Made by a program: the position numbers and the translations under genes
Notes under the pieces: model-generated
Told to the model about the DNA's origin: nothing
What the model saw: the letters and a program-made list of their open reading frames with translations, nothing else
Database searches by the model: none
Shown: in pieces, positions 1 through 15,425 of the stretch
Layout of the letters: the number at the start of each line of letters is the position of its first letter
How positions within the stretch are numbered: position 1 is the first letter of the stretch
Assembly (NCBI GenBank): GCA_964016885.1
Contig: OZ024741.1
Span: 177,258,001 to 177,322,000, forward strand
Origin: Eledone cirrhosa
Taxonomy: Eukaryota
Reading direction: 5' to 3'
DNA: 64,000 nt

Positions 1-745
1 ATTAGAGGATATGTTAGATATTCTTTTTCCAATATTACTAACTATAGCATTCTTGATATTGGTAGGATGGTTAGATTTAAAGTTAACATAATTTAGGTTT
101 TCATTGTTTTTATGGTAAGGGTAATATAGGCCAGTGTCAAGATTAAGAGATACATCCAAAAAATTAGCTAGTTTGATACTATTATCAAATTCAATTTTTA
201 GGTTATGTTGGTTAAAGAGATTACGTATATTGTTCTTAATAATATTAAGGTTAACTATATTGCAATTTAGGATAGTAAAGAGTCCATTGTTATGATAAAT
301 TCCACCGCGAAGTTAAGGAATTTTCCGACTCAAAGAGTTCAAAATGAAGAGTTTAAATCAGTCAATTGGGATGAATCGGATGCTCCCATTGTGATGTCGA
401 AGTTGTTAGAGGTATCGGCTCTGGTCCAATATTCGTTGTTGAACTCTAGGATGGTTTTACGTGCGGTGAGGATGATGTGAAGTTCATCTGTGGTGATGTC
501 AGAATATTTAAGTACGAAAGATAGAGCATTATTGAGAAGTGAATGCGAAATGGAGGAATAGTAGCTGGCAATATCAAATTGAATAAATTTTAGTTTATTT
601 TTATTATCCAATTTGTTGAACCAGCCAATCACCTCAGAAGTACCAAACCATAAATTTAGGTTCAAAGAAGAGCAATTAGAACTAACCTGTGGGATAATTC
701 TATCCAAGATGGCTTTACTAACAACCCCCAGATCAGATTTAGATT
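1..745 (-). mobile_element. Penelope-like element, degenerate reverse transcriptase fragment (5'-truncated, runs off window start)
   Basis: Minus-strand translation gives FIQFDIASYYSSI, FDITMGASDSSQLTDL and further on NFLDVSLNLDTGLYYPYHK...YVNFKSNHP...IGKRISNISS, which are PLE RT motifs; frameshifted. Confidence 0.85.
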
Positions 746-1375
746 AACAATATATCTTTCTCTCTGTTATATAAACTATCTCTTTCTCTCTATCACCCAT
801 CTCTCTCTCTCCACCTTCACTCTCATCTCCTCCCCCCTTTTTCATCCTTTCCACCCCCCCCCCCTCCCTAAATAAAATACTTTTTCCTCGCACGTATCCT
901 CCTTTCGTTAATTTTCAAATTTTTTTAATTCATACATTATCTTCCAACGGTTTTCAACCTCTCTATGTAAAACAATATATCTCCTCTCAGTTATAAAAAC
1001 TATCTCTTTCTCTCTATCACCCATCTCTCCCTCTCATCTCCTCCCCTTTTTCATCCTTTCCACCCCCCCTCTCTAAATAAAATATGTTTCCCAATATCAC
1101 ACATCAATCTAAAACCACTTTTCATATGTTGATTTAAAACTGCACTATCCACAAGTGTTTTTTAGACTTCATATCATGTTCTCCTGTTTTATTTGATGAA
1201 AACACAAATATTATTGCATGATGATGTTTGTTTTTGAAATGCGCATAATAAAATACATGGAACTCCTTTAACCATCTTTTGATCTTATATTATGTATACT
1301 CCAGTCCTACAAACTGTAGAGTGCTCCTATCCAATATCTGCATTGCTTTATTGTACTACAATAAAACTCACCTCC

Positions 1376-1378
<3 letters not shown>
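746..1378 (+). mobile_element. Probable inverted pseudo-LTR/3' UTR of the PLE, with an internal direct duplication (about 746-880 / 971-1085), ending at (TA)n
   Basis: Abuts the RT fragment, carries a hammerhead-like motif on the opposite strand and ends at a (TA)n tract. Confidence 0.55.
1187..1253 (+). ncRNA. Type I hammerhead-like motif (C3U core variant)
   Basis: ttttat-TTGATGA-long helix II (acaaatattatt/gatgatgtttgt)-GAAA-tgcgca-TA-ataaaa; helix I ttttat/ataaaa; palindromic helix III. Confidence 0.65.
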
Positions 1379-1440
<62 letters not shown>

Positions 1441-1443
<3 letters not shown>

Positions 1444-1580
1444 CTATGGCAACATTGAGGACCGAATAAATTAGATTACCGATATAAAAGACACAGAAAC
1501 GAAAAGCGAAAACCAACCAAACAGTGAGTGTGTTCTATTATTAATTCTAGCAATATTACACAAATATGACCCTCCCCGAT
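1441..1580 (+). mobile_element. Solo terminal fragment of the PLE family at 58-62 kb, between (TA)n tracts
   Basis: Reverse-complement match to about 58155-58292 (ggcaacattgaggaccga...gagtgtgttc...atgaccctcccc). Confidence 0.8.
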
Positions 1581-1792
1581 TATATATATATATATATATA
1601 CCAGACTACTCGGCGTCGATGACGCTACTTTTTTCCTAAAAGTCTCAAAAATCCACCATGCCTCCTGGAGGCTGAAGTTTATTTATTAATTTTTTGTTTT
1701 GGTGGGGGGGGGGTCAACATTAGCGTGCGTCCTCAAGGAGGAAGCGACTACGGCGCCTGGAAATATGGCATATATATATATATATATATATA

Positions 1793-3663
1793 TCAGCGCG
1801 ACTTATGTCGGACAGACGGGGCGTTGCCTGGCGGACCGATTCACCGAGCACCTCCGGGATATTCGTCTCGGGGGTAGTTCCCCCATCGCCCGCCACTTTG
1901 GTGGCCCTGGACATTCCGCACGCCATCTCACAGTCTGTGGCCTACTCCAGTGCCACGGAACACCCGCCAATCCCCTTACAGTCGAACAACGAACTATCTT
2001 CATCTTACAGACCCACATTCCCCCGGGCCTGAACTACCCACCCTTATTCCTTAGTCTTCGACCGCCCCCCTCCCCCCACAATTACCCCCACTAACACCAC
2101 TAACAAACCCTTCCTTTTCACCGCCCACCCCACAACTAACAATACTAACACCTCCACTCCACCCCTCATCTGACCACCCTTCCCCAACTAACATACTAAC
2201 ATCCCTCCCTTCTTCTCCTCCTCCCCCCTCCTTATTATCACACGCACACACCCACCGGCACATATATACACGCGCTCACACTAAACACACACCCTACTAC
2301 CACCACTAACCCTCACCCCCACACCTCTCACCCCCACACCGCCATCCCACCACCCCGCAACTAACCTCACTAACACCCCCTAACCCCAAGCACACGAACA
2401 CACGCACCCACTTACACCACCCACCCCACACGCAACTAACATCACTAACACCCCCCAACCCCACGCACACGTACCCACACACCCTCGTACACCACCAACT
2501 CTACACACCCCACCACCACCAACCCCCACTCACACCTGCATTCAACCTCTCCCCACCTCCCGTATACTAACATCCCTTCATCAAACTACACACACACCAG
2601 TACACCACACTCCCTCCATAGAACCACACACACCCTTCTCTCCCCGCTCCACCCACACCCTCGCTCCACACTCACTCATCCCACTAACACCTCTACTAAT
2701 ACACACATACACACACCCTCCTCACTCCAACTTTCACACCTACCCATCCTCGCCCCTTTACCATTCCACCGACTGCTGCTATGCCCTCGGACCACCTCCC
2801 AGCACAAACAGACACACAGCACTCCCACTGCTTGACCACTTCCTGTTGCGCGCGCACCCCACATCTCTCCTCTTCCGACCGTCGCTTCATGGAATACCCG
2901 CACGCAGAAATTGACCAACACAAAATCCGCTATACACCTATGGAATTTACCTACTTTTCAACCATCCTCTTACGTAATCGCCTATATAACTCACCCACAC
3001 ACACACCCCAAAAAAATGTTTTCTTCACACGCCACCTACACCCACAACACGCTTAAAACCCACACACACGTGCTTTCCACCACATATTTACACCCCCAGC
3101 CTCCTGATTCCTCTCCCCCCCTCTATCCACACACTCACAGACACTCCGACCCCCCCCCACACACACCTCTTCCTGAACATGCAACCCCGTTCTTCCCCCA
3201 ACCCTTACTTTCACATACACACACACACACACACACGTACACCTACACACACACCACCACCTTCAGCCCTCCCCGCTCGGACACCCCATCTCCCTCTCCC
3301 CACTCCACCCGCCACCACCCCTACACACCCCACACCTTCCACCACCTGTATTACCCCCTTTTAATTTCAGTTTATTTTGATCATGCTTTTATATTTAAAT
3401 TTATTTCAATCCTTGTATTTTGATCATGCTTTATTTTTATTTTTATCTTTATTTTTTTTTTCCATTCGCACCGTTTCCTTTCGCTATATGTATCTCCACC
3501 ACTCCCCTACACACCCATTGAACTCTGTTCCCACACACTTCTCACCTGAGGAATGGCTTATGCCCGAAACGTCGTCCCTCACCAACACCCCACTCTCCAG
3601 AGCGTGAAATTAATAAACATTCGTTGTACTGCCTCTCTGTTTTGTCCCTGTTCAATTTTTTCC

Positions 3664-3667
<4 letters not shown>
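1793..3667 (+). mobile_element. 5'-truncated PLE (Neptune-like): GIY-YIG C-terminus plus long C/A-rich 3' UTR, flanked by (TA)n
   Basis: YVGQTGRCLADRFTEHLRDIR...PIARHF...H...EQRTIFILQTHIPPGLN, stop at 2094; terminal ctgagga-atggcttatgccc-gaaacgtc motif at 3546-3576 resembles a PLE pLTR hammerhead core. Confidence 0.85.
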
Positions 3668-3760
<93 letters not shown>

Positions 3761-3762
<2 letters not shown>

Positions 3763-4105
3763 GAATATATGTATAGTATATTTGGCAATATACTGTATGC
3801 TTAATTAAAAACATTTTGAAGACCACTTTCTGATTATTACTGGAATTCTATGAGAATCCTGCCTCTATAATGTTCAACAAAGGTCGGCGAGTGGTAAGCT
3901 CTGATGATCACCAACTGTGGGAAACAGATCTGTCAGCTTATCTCCCTTAGACTGTTGAAAAAAGAAGTAAGTGACATAGTCACTACTTTAAAATAATTGC
4001 GCAAGGTCTTCAAAATGTTGTTAATTAAGCATAAAGTATATTGCCAAATATACTATACCTACATTCATGTATACATCCCTCTTTCAGAGCACAAATCCTA
4101 ATTTA
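3761..4105 (+). mobile_element. Short fold-back hammerhead-bearing element related to the 310-bp satellite unit
   Basis: Inverted repeat 3761-3824 / 4005-4068; the ggtcttcaaaatgtt...tttcagagca...ctaattt segment aligns with the 310-bp unit. Confidence 0.7.
3895..3940 (+). ncRNA. Type I hammerhead ribozyme
   Basis: taagct-CTGATGA-tcac caact gtgg-GAAA-cagatctg-TC-agctta; perfect helix I, palindromic helix III, GUC site. Confidence 0.9.
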
Positions 4106-4227
4106 TATATATCCACCACTGAATATGTTGTCAACACGGTGAGGGAGATAGAGAAGAATACCTAATACAATTTCCCTGTCAAAGTTAGCACCAACGGATT
4201 TTTGCCTAACACCTGTGTCTCCTTAGA

Positions 4228-4328
<101 letters not shown>

Positions 4329-5087
4329 TGGTATGTATAGTGGCAGCTTGTCTTCAAGCTAGATATAATTAATGGCTGTTGAATTTTTTACTATCACCAT
4401 GAGGCTATTATCATTTATCCATTCCTTTTAATAAGTTAATTTAAATTTCGCAAGCCCTATTTACGTAATATTACAAAATCTGGATTTAATTCAATAGTGA
4501 ATAATATTTTTATAGTTATTCCGGAAATACCCATCACATAAATTTGGTAAAAGATTCTGTCTCATTACTGTATCTTTTTCTACCTCTAAAATTTATTTTG
4601 TGTAATTTCCTTTCTTTTTTGAATAATTTATTGAAGAATGAATGCATTGTTGACAGAATAGTCCCCTTTGTATATGTTTTTTACCTGAAAATAATTATTC
4701 TCAGAATATTGTTTAATTTAGTGAAATGGCTGTTTTCACCTCACTTGCAGAAAAAAAAACATGCATGCTGTGTTTCTTTGCCTTCTTGTAGGGCATTGCG
4801 GAAATGAAATTATTTGGGCATAAATGGCAGAAAAATACAAAATAACAAACAGAATTAGTTTCTGTTTGCACCATCTGCCAGGTTTACAATAATTGCTACT
4901 TCCCTCTCACTTCTCTCTTACTTAACCCCAACTTTGGCCTGCTTGCATCTTATTTTTCCTTGCCATCTCTTTTACTAGATCTCTTCTCATGTAATTCTCT
5001 TTCTCAACTGATTCATGCTAACTCTATCATTTTACATTCCCATATTTCTATTGTAACTACATCTTTCCTTCTCTTTCTTTCTTTCAA

Positions 5088-5169
<82 letters not shown>

Positions 5170-5929
5170 CCTCTCTTTATATATATATATACATATATAT
5201 ATGTATATAAATACATATATGTATATAAATACAAATATGTATATGTGTGTATGTGCGTGTGTGCATGTAAGAGGACTGCTTATGTGTGTATGTAGCTGTC
5301 CGCGTGTGCATGCATGTATACACCAATATTCTCTCTCCTCTCGGTGAATTTTCTCACCGTCTAATTCTCTAAAATATTTTGTACGTATATTCCTATGATT
5401 CTTCTTTTTTGTCATTTTTTCATCATTACTTTTATTCTCGTCATTTTTTTCATTCAGCCCCGGCATGGAATGCATGCATAAAGTTTACTAGCATAATAAA
5501 TACACACACACACAGACACACACGCACTTGCAGATACAGAAACTAAATTAATACATCTCTGCTGGTAAATGATTCTGAATGCGTGTACTCCCAGCCCACA
5601 CATGCATGTATCACGGGCACAGAGGATAGAATGTGCAAATAAAATATATTAGAAATATAGCAATGCTTGTAATACAATAATGAGCAGCTGAACACATACG
5701 CATAGTAGGAAAATGATTCTACACATATATAACAACCACTCTTGTACTCTATCGAATTTTTGATTAAATACATGGGGGCAGATGATATATTTTAGAGCTA
5801 GTTCCTAAATTTAATTGTATTTTATCACCACTTGTTGTCATAATACATATTGAGGGATGGGTGCTTCATAATATTTATTGATCTGACATGGTGTCTAATT
5901 AAACTCGAAATGCTTAATTACAGCTCTTT

Positions 5930-6800
5930 GTATTCGGGATCGTATTCCTTTGGTCATTACGTAAGATTTCTGAGCAAAGGTAAGGGATGTCACGAACACC
6001 AAGTTGAAGATAGCGACATTGGCTTTTATACCTACCTCATTTTTTCTGAGGAGCAAGAATGTACCACTGCCACAGCTTCTTCAATCCTGGCATTTACGCA
6101 CGCTTTCCAACGCATCATAAAAAAGCAAACTTATCCAATCATCTTCCTAGGAGTCTTCATCTTCGTATTCTGCTGGTTTTATTTTGCCCGTAAAATCTGT
6201 CCAGCAATTCTTTCCTGAGAGATTCTAAACATGTCAAACATATCCATGAAATTATAAACAGCAACATTGACAGTAAGCACTCTTCGTTTATTTCGACATC
6301 AGCATTGAATGGTTTCTCCTTAGAACTATTTATACGAACACAAATACTAGGGCATACATATAAGTACATCATATCAAACAACATCATATCAGCCGATCCC
6401 ATAATCCTGGAGAATCTTCCACAATAGCTCATTAGCACGAAGTAAGATGCTTCTTTGATTTCTTCAAAATAGTATCCCTCTCGACGAGACTCTCATGATT
6501 ATGCAGCAACCGTAATATGAATATTTGTTCGATTATGCTGCATCCAGGACGAACACTTCACTATTCGGCAGCCTGTCTGGTGTCGACAAACTTCCTACAT
6601 CTCTTTGCCGGATTCCTAGCATAGACTTTAAGAGATCCCTTAATCATTGGAGCGCTCTCTTCGAAACATCACTGCCGATTGCCATTGCTTAGGTACATTT
6701 CCAGAGATCCACTCCACTCGACACAAAGCAGTCAGCTTAGGCCGAATTTCATCTTCCCCAGCAGCTTTGGCACATTTGAGAGGTTTTACATTGCTCCCAG
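5930..6800 (-). mobile_element. Highly degenerate LINE (RTE-like) RT fragment
   Basis: KAAGEDEIRP...WISGNVPKQWQSAV and LY...VRINSS...F...CLLSMLLF resemble LINE RT motifs; many frameshifts; boundaries approximate. Confidence 0.6.
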
Positions 6801-7877
6801 ATGCACCTCTTATACATAACAAGTAGCTGTTGTGACCGGGCTTACCTGATGAACAATGTATTCTTTACTCCCGACGAGAATACTCCTCTCATAGGAAAGG
6901 AGAACCACAACCGCTTTCCTGTTAGCAAGCATGGGGAAGGAATTATTATTGCAGTGTTGGTGTATGGTGAATTAGAACATTTCATTTACTTATATCCAAG
7001 CCAAGCCTTGTAAACTCGCTTCTTAACTTGGTGAATTAGAACATTTTATTTGGTGATCTGAAGAAGGATTTCAGCTTACAAAGTCCTATTCTATACATTT
7101 CAGCACATTTACTGTTTTTTGCGACGACGTTTTGTGTCTGCTGGTACCGCAAGTGCAAGAGGAAAGTCTTATATCCAAGCCTTGTAAACTCCCTTCTTAC
7201 CTTGGATGTCATCTTTAAATACTTGAATGAATTAAGGGTTCTTCGTACCATCCGGTGCCTCACCAAGCCCCTTTCACCCGTCACGTTCAACAGCTAAAGC
7301 AGAAACTGCTGAACTCAACGGTCACCACTAAATTTCGACTTCATCATTTTATTCAAATTTTCTCGGAATTCCGTTAAACTAGCATCCACAAACATAATCC
7401 TGACTTTATTATATGCCAATGCTTTAACTTTAACCTGTAGCGCGAGCTGAACCTAGAATTCCTGTGGGCGTCCTTGGCTTTAAAATGTCTGAGGTTGCAG
7501 ATAACTAAATGTGGAACCGTTGTCACTTCAGTCCTTCAGTTTCAATGAACATACAACCCAGAATCTAAGAGCTCAGGGACAACAACTAAATTACTTACTG
7601 TTCTCTGTCCCCGACTTCCTTTATACCATGTGTATTTACGAAAGTCTCTGTGTTTGAAGAAGGTGTACATAATAGAGAGCCAGTTAATAAAACAGATGTC
7701 TAAGACATCCATTTGTATTTAGATGGGATCGACGTTCCTTCCAGCGATGCATTTTCAAATATTACTGCATCACTCCAGGGAATTTACATATTGTGTTGTC
7801 TGTCTGGCAATGCTTGATAGTGGACAGCTGATTGACCCTCAACATTTCCAATCCTCACACACCTATACGCCCACACC

Positions 7878-7915
<38 letters not shown>

Positions 7916-7931
7916 GATAGATATCTATATC

Positions 7932-8045
<114 letters not shown>

Positions 8046-8048
8046 TAT

Positions 8049-8165
8049 ATATTGTTATACTTTGGGAGGGTATGTTTCTTATTGGCAACATGACCCTCCC
8101 AAAGTATAACAATATCGGTTTCAACACACGATTTCAGATAAAGAATCTTGCTAAACAAATTCAGA
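8049..8165. mobile_element. Short fold-back PLE terminal fragment
   Basis: atattgttatactttgggagggt / accctcccaaagtataacaatat inverted pair; similar to the terminus at 62100-62175. Confidence 0.7.
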
Positions 8166-8174
8166 AACGAAATA

Positions 8175-8214
<40 letters not shown>

Positions 8215-8217
<3 letters not shown>

Positions 8218-8425
8218 ATAATAATAAATTTGAAGACTAAAATCCAGAGAGGGCTCGATAAGGATACATATATATCAAATATATAAGAACCGTAGAGCAA
8301 ATATTTATTAAAATAACAGATTAAAGTTTAAGCAAAGAATCCCGTTAATAAAGCTTTAAGTTTCAGAAGATCCCGTTAAGGGTGAAAGCATCGATTCTTT
8401 GCTTAACCTTTAATCTGTTATTTCA

Positions 8426-8430
<5 letters not shown>
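8215..8430. repeat. Interspersed repeat between (TA)n tracts; related inverted copy at about 25289-25440
   Basis: gtaataataataaatttgaagactaaaatcca... and cagaagatcccgttaagggtgaaagca are shared; internal partial inversion. Confidence 0.65.
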
Positions 8431-8523
<93 letters not shown>

Positions 8524-8524
8524 G

Positions 8525-8662
8525 AGTCCAGAATTAGCCGTCGAAACGGCTTGAGCTCAGCTGTCGGGGTCTTACTGGTTCCTATTACCCACTCTACTAC
8601 CTCAAGTATTGAGTACTTTGGTGCGTTATGGTCCACCTGGTTCCTTACCACATTTCCTTCGT

Positions 8663-8663
<1 letters not shown>
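8525..8663 (+). repeat. Short (TA)n-embedded repeat family (agtccagaattagccgtcgaaacggcttgagctcagc...); other copies at 9360-9498, 9527-9587, 19517-19699, 25482-25680, 37970-38030
   Basis: Near-identical sequence repeated at least 6 times in both orientations, usually next to (TA)n. Confidence 0.85.
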
Positions 8664-8729
<66 letters not shown>

Positions 8730-8739
8730 TTAATTTTTT

Positions 8740-9112
8740 AATTTGTTTTGCAAGATTTCTTATCTGAAAACGTGTGTTGAAATAGATATTGTTATGCTGT
8801 GGGAGGGTCGTGCTGCCCCTAACACACACACCTGTGGGTTTTCACTTCAATATATTATACATTTCCGTTTGGTTGATTTAAGAACCGGCTGGTTGTTTAT
8901 AGGCTCTTTCGTTACATATGTTGTGACTTCCTCAGAGACTCAAAGTAAGAAAGCAGTCATTGAGAAGGACATAGGTTATCAGACGAAAGAGATTTAGCAA
9001 TGTATAAACAATCATCCGGTTATTGAATCAACCAACCAAATACTTAGATTAAATCGAAGAGAAAACGACTGGTGCGTGTGTTTTTGATGGTAGCATGACC
9101 CTCCCAAAGTAT

Positions 9113-9120
<8 letters not shown>
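8740..9120. mobile_element. Imperfect palindromic non-autonomous element with PLE-type termini
   Basis: Arms atattgttatgctgtgggagggtcgtgctgcc / ggtagcatgaccctcccaaagtataacaatat, plus inner arms ttggttgatttaagaaccgg / ccggttattgaatcaaccaa. Confidence 0.7.
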
Positions 9121-9183
<63 letters not shown>

Positions 9184-9321
9184 TTCAGTTTGTTTGGCCT
9201 CTATAACGTATGTTAATTGCTCTGGTCTTCGTTTAGTCCATTGAGCGCTTGCCACATACCTCGAAAATTGAGTTTCGCTTTGTTTTTAACCACAGCCGAA
9301 ATGCGATCTCGCACAAAATTA

Positions 9322-9360
<39 letters not shown>

Positions 9361-9584
9361 CTAAGGAAATGTGGTAAGGAACCAGGTGGACCATAACGCA
9401 CTAAAGTACTCAATATTTAGGGTAGTAGAGTGGGTAATAGGATCGAGTAGGATCCCGACGGCTGAGCTCAAGCCGTTTCGACGGCTAATTCTGGACTAAA
9501 AAAAAAATGTTGTTTTTTTTTTTTCTTAGTCGAGAATTAGCCGTCGAAACGGCTTGAGCTCAGCCGTCGGGGTCCTACTCGTTC

Positions 9585-10793
<1,209 letters not shown>

Positions 10794-13525
10794 TTGTTAT
10801 ACTTTGGGAGGGTCATATATATATATGACGTATGGGCATACATATATATTCATATGGGCATACCCATACACAATCACTTATATATGCACACTCACACGTA
10901 AAAGATGGGACCGATATTCTTCTCCTCCTAAATTTGTCACTTATAAAATAGGGACTACATATTCCAGTTGTAGAATATAGGGGCAAACATGCCACTTTGG
11001 CAATATCGACGACTACTAATACTAACACGGCTAATGTATGAAATCGCACATTTGTTAATGTTCTTTTGGTTACAACTATTTACTTCCACAAACGAAAGAT
11101 CTATAATGTTTTCATGCTACCATCCATATTATATAAGGATGGACTCGTTGTAAAATGAAATTATAGATGTACAAATATATAAGAGGGATCGAACATTGGT
11201 CTGACATTTAAATCTGACCTAGGGCTAAACAACATTATGAAAAATAGTTCTTATTCTACTTCCACAAGAGAGCAATATATGTGATGTGATATAGCAGAAT
11301 GGTATAAATATTTCATTTAGGAAGAACGCTGTAAGATGAAAGAAAAGTGATCGGATATGGAAATCACAAAGTCGTTATAACGGCAACATGTGTTGCATTA
11401 TATGTCCTCCGTTTCTGTGGCTCAAATCTCACTGATGCTCAAATATCATCGATGTCCACCTTCTATTTCATCATTTCGTAGTCAATAAATAAATACTAGG
11501 CAATTGCTGACACAACTGACTCTTTCTCTCTCTCATTTTCTCGCACTTTCTCTCTTTTCTTCCCCTCTCTCCGGGTGTCAATTCCACTTAATAAGATACC
11601 TCTGAATGCAATATGAGCGTATTATTTCTTCTCTTATTCCTATGCAACTGCGTGGTCTCTCATCAAGACGATGTATCGATATATGTCATAGTCTAAACTA
11701 TAAATTTCAAATTTCTCAACCCACGTAGCAAATACATTTTATAGCCATCAACGTAAATTATGTCCATAGAATAATGTAGTGAATACATATTCTTTGAGAC
11801 AAAATATATCAAAAGAAAATGTAAAAAAAGTATCCTAAAGCATAAATGGATTCAGCTTTCCAGAATGTCTTGTAGGATATAAACGGTTACTTTAGCTAGA
11901 GGCAACGCATTTCTATTTATAAAAAAAAATGTTTTTGAATTATTCAGACTCTAACGAAATCCGGTTTCACAAATATACTCTTAAATGTTGAATATATTAT
12001 GTTTTATAAAACGACCCCTTTACAGTTATTAGTGAATAATGTATACGGAATGTCATATCTTTTTTGAATGGTCTTCTTAATAAAGGAAATGTTTTCAACA
12101 CATAATTCAAAATATTCCAAATCCATGTATTTTCCTGTAATTTGAAAACAATGACATGTATATAATAATGATGTAGAATTCCAACAGTGGACCCAGTTTT
12201 TTAACTTCTTTAAACTCACCATGCAACAACACACGTGCGTGTGTGTTTGTTTGTGTGTCTGTCTCTCTGTGTGTGTGCGTGTGTATGTGTGTATGTGTGG
12301 GTGTGTGTGTACGTGTGTGTGTGTGTGTGTGTATTTGCATGTATGAGTGTATATTTTCTTTAAACGTTATTATCTTGGTTATTAGATTCCAGCAGTTAGG
12401 ATCCTCAGATGTAATATTTTATTTTTCATATGTTAGGCTATTTGTACGTGCAGCGGATAAGGTTCATTATCGTCCTTTCATTTACTACTTCTGATTGTTC
12501 TGTTTACATTGGATGGATATATTTAATTTCAATCAAGCCTTTCTGTATTTTTGTCGTAGTATCGTGTCTATTTTCTTCTACTTTTTTATTTAGTCATATT
12601 TTGAATTTTTTTAAAAAGTTAATTCTATATCTTTTGCATTCTACTATTTTTGATCAGTAAAGTTATTTTTGCTAAACATGTTTATTTATTCATGTTTTCT
12701 TGTCAGAAATTATAGTGATTCTCTTGTATGTAAATCGAGGTAGAATGGGTTAATACAATTTCCCTTTTAGATATTACATAACTTAGAGGTTTTCATTCCT
12801 TCACTCTGAAAAAATGTGTTAATATACTCTGTAAGTTTTCTTGGTATTATTTTACATTTAAGGTCGCTAAATCGGCCCTAGGTTTTGTTGCTGATATTGT
12901 GTGTGCCACTGTGTATTTTCACTAACAGAATTCTATTTCTTTAAAAGGAATATATTTTTGTGTAAAAATATATTAGTAATTACTGCCACAGGGGGAAAAC
13001 CGGGAACATTCTTTTGTACAGGGTGACACTATATAAAATTGCCCATTCATTCGTATTTCGGATTGGCTTTTCATAGAACGAAGGCATTTCTTGAACATCA
13101 TGGAGATATCAATTATATATATTTGTGTGGCCTCCATTTAACGGAACTCTGGTATTAAATCAGATTGTGCTAACTTATATATGTGCGTCTATAGGTATGT
13201 ATATATATATTTAGCTTATTGTATCTCAGCAGCGAGAGAATATATATTACTGATGACTGATAAAATCGCAAAATATCTATCTGATATTCTCACCGCTATT
13301 GAGATAGATACATGATCACAGCTTTTGAAATAAATTCATAACGAGTCTCGTATATTATTATACATAAGGAAACCATTATATGTTACGGATTTCTAATTAC
13401 TATATATATACCCCTTTCGTCTATAGGGGTATTTAATGCGATCTTATAAGGTATTTTTTTGCAATCAACTGTGTCCACAGTTATTTTCTGCATTTTATAA
13501 ACATTTCAACTCACTCGACGCTCCA

Positions 13526-13585
<60 letters not shown>

Positions 13586-13589
13586 TTTA

Positions 13590-15260
13590 CACGTGCTCGT
13601 TGAGTCAAACATGCACCTCTTCACTGTCCCCTTATTCAGCCCGAGAGTTGAAACAGTATTCCGGAGTGTGGCGCTAGGAGACAGCACATGAAAGATTTAG
13701 AAGGTGAATGAGAACCTATTTTCCCTGTCCATTCAAGCCCGGTGGCCCCTCGATCATTATCGTTTCGTCCCGCCAGCGTCTGCTTCCTTCGGTGGAGGCC
13801 TGGAGCTCAGTGTATTGACGTGCAATACAAAACAATACAAAATAGACTTAAATAAATCAAATCATAGGATACTCCAACTCTTTGACTTGCAAGCTTGAAC
13901 ATGCAACCCATGTGCACTGACATCTCCAATGATCTTAGAGATATGGACAATAAAAGTAAATCAGCCATCATTGAGAGAGAGTTCTCCAGATACAGCTTCA
14001 ACATAGCTGCCCTTCAGGAAATTAAGCTCACCTCCAGTGGCTCTCACAGACAGAATAACTACACCATTGTTCTGGAAGGGTAATGAACCCAATGAGCTCC
14101 GCCAGCGCGGAATTGGCATTGTCATCATAAACACGCTCCTGTCTTCTGTAGAGTCTCCGTCAGGGAGAACAAAACGTCTATTTTTCATCCGGCTTAGTAC
14201 TGTTGCGGGCCACGTCATAATCGTTAATGCCTATGCTTTCATTCTAACTTCACCGGAAGACACAAAGAAGCAGAAGATGAGTCCCTATTCCTGCTGGGCG
14301 ACTTAACTCCTAGAGTAGGTTCAGATGCGAGGTCATGTTCTACTTGCCTCGGACACCCTGGACCTGAAGGAAAATCAACGAGAGAGGTCAGACTAGAGGA
14401 AATGTGCTCATTCTATGACCTCTTCGTCACAAACACCTTCTTTGAGAGCAAACCACAACACAAAGTGTCATGGAGCCCCCGCCCATCTCATTGCTGGCAC
14501 CAAACTGATCTGGTGATGATCAAACACCATCATTGCTAAAATGACTAAGAGGGTATGAGAGAACAGAGCGCTTACAGAACACGCCATGATTCGAGTCCAC
14601 CAGGACTGTGTTCTTAGCACGTTGCTCTACAGAAATGAAACCTGGAGCACGTACAGGAGTCAAGAGCGTCGGCTCAATGCCTTCTAGATGCGGTGTCTCA
14701 AACGCATCCTCGGGTCCATCTGGTAGAACAATATCACACACAATGACTTCCGATAATGCACCAGTATTCGCAGCATATATTTCCTGCTGAGCCCACACCA
14801 TCTTCATTGGCTAGGACATATTCGGGGTATGGAGGATGGGGGTGGGTGGGAGTGGTTGCCAAAACACATCATAGTCTACGGTACCAGGCGTTTGGGCCAC
14901 CCATCTCTCCGTTTCAGGGATATATACAAGAGAGACAGGAAAGCCTGTAACATCTCTGCTTCCAGTTGGGAGAGACAGGCTGGGAACTGCGACGCCTTGT
15001 GTTAGAGTGGCTGCAATGGGATCGGAGATGAAAATGCGAAAAGAAGACAACTTGCAGCTGGAAAGAAGGAAAGAAAAAAACGCTTAGCAGACATACCAAC
15101 AACCCAGGATTCTGCACATATCTCCACCAAGTTCAACAAGTATTGACACGCACGCATCAGTCTGCACATCTACGACAGTCGATGCCAAAGACTAGCCATA
15201 ACTCGCGGAGCATTAAGCACGGTCTCCCGAGACTGAGCAGCCAGTGATGATGATAATGAT
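13590..15260 (+). mobile_element. Degenerate, internally deleted RTE-clade LINE (APE endonuclease plus C-terminus), ending in a (TGA)n-like tail
   Basis: KSAIIEREFSRYSFNIAALQEIKL, IVNAYA, LLGDxNxRVG-like and TNTFFESKPQHKVSW motifs; 3' end cagtgatgatgataatgat. Confidence 0.8.
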
Positions 15261-15270
15261 ATATATATAA

Positions 15271-15303
<33 letters not shown>

Positions 15304-15354
15304 CAAAGAGCGAGAGAGAGAGTTAGAGAAGTTACGTGAATGTGTGTATATTCT

Positions 15355-15425
<71 letters not shown>

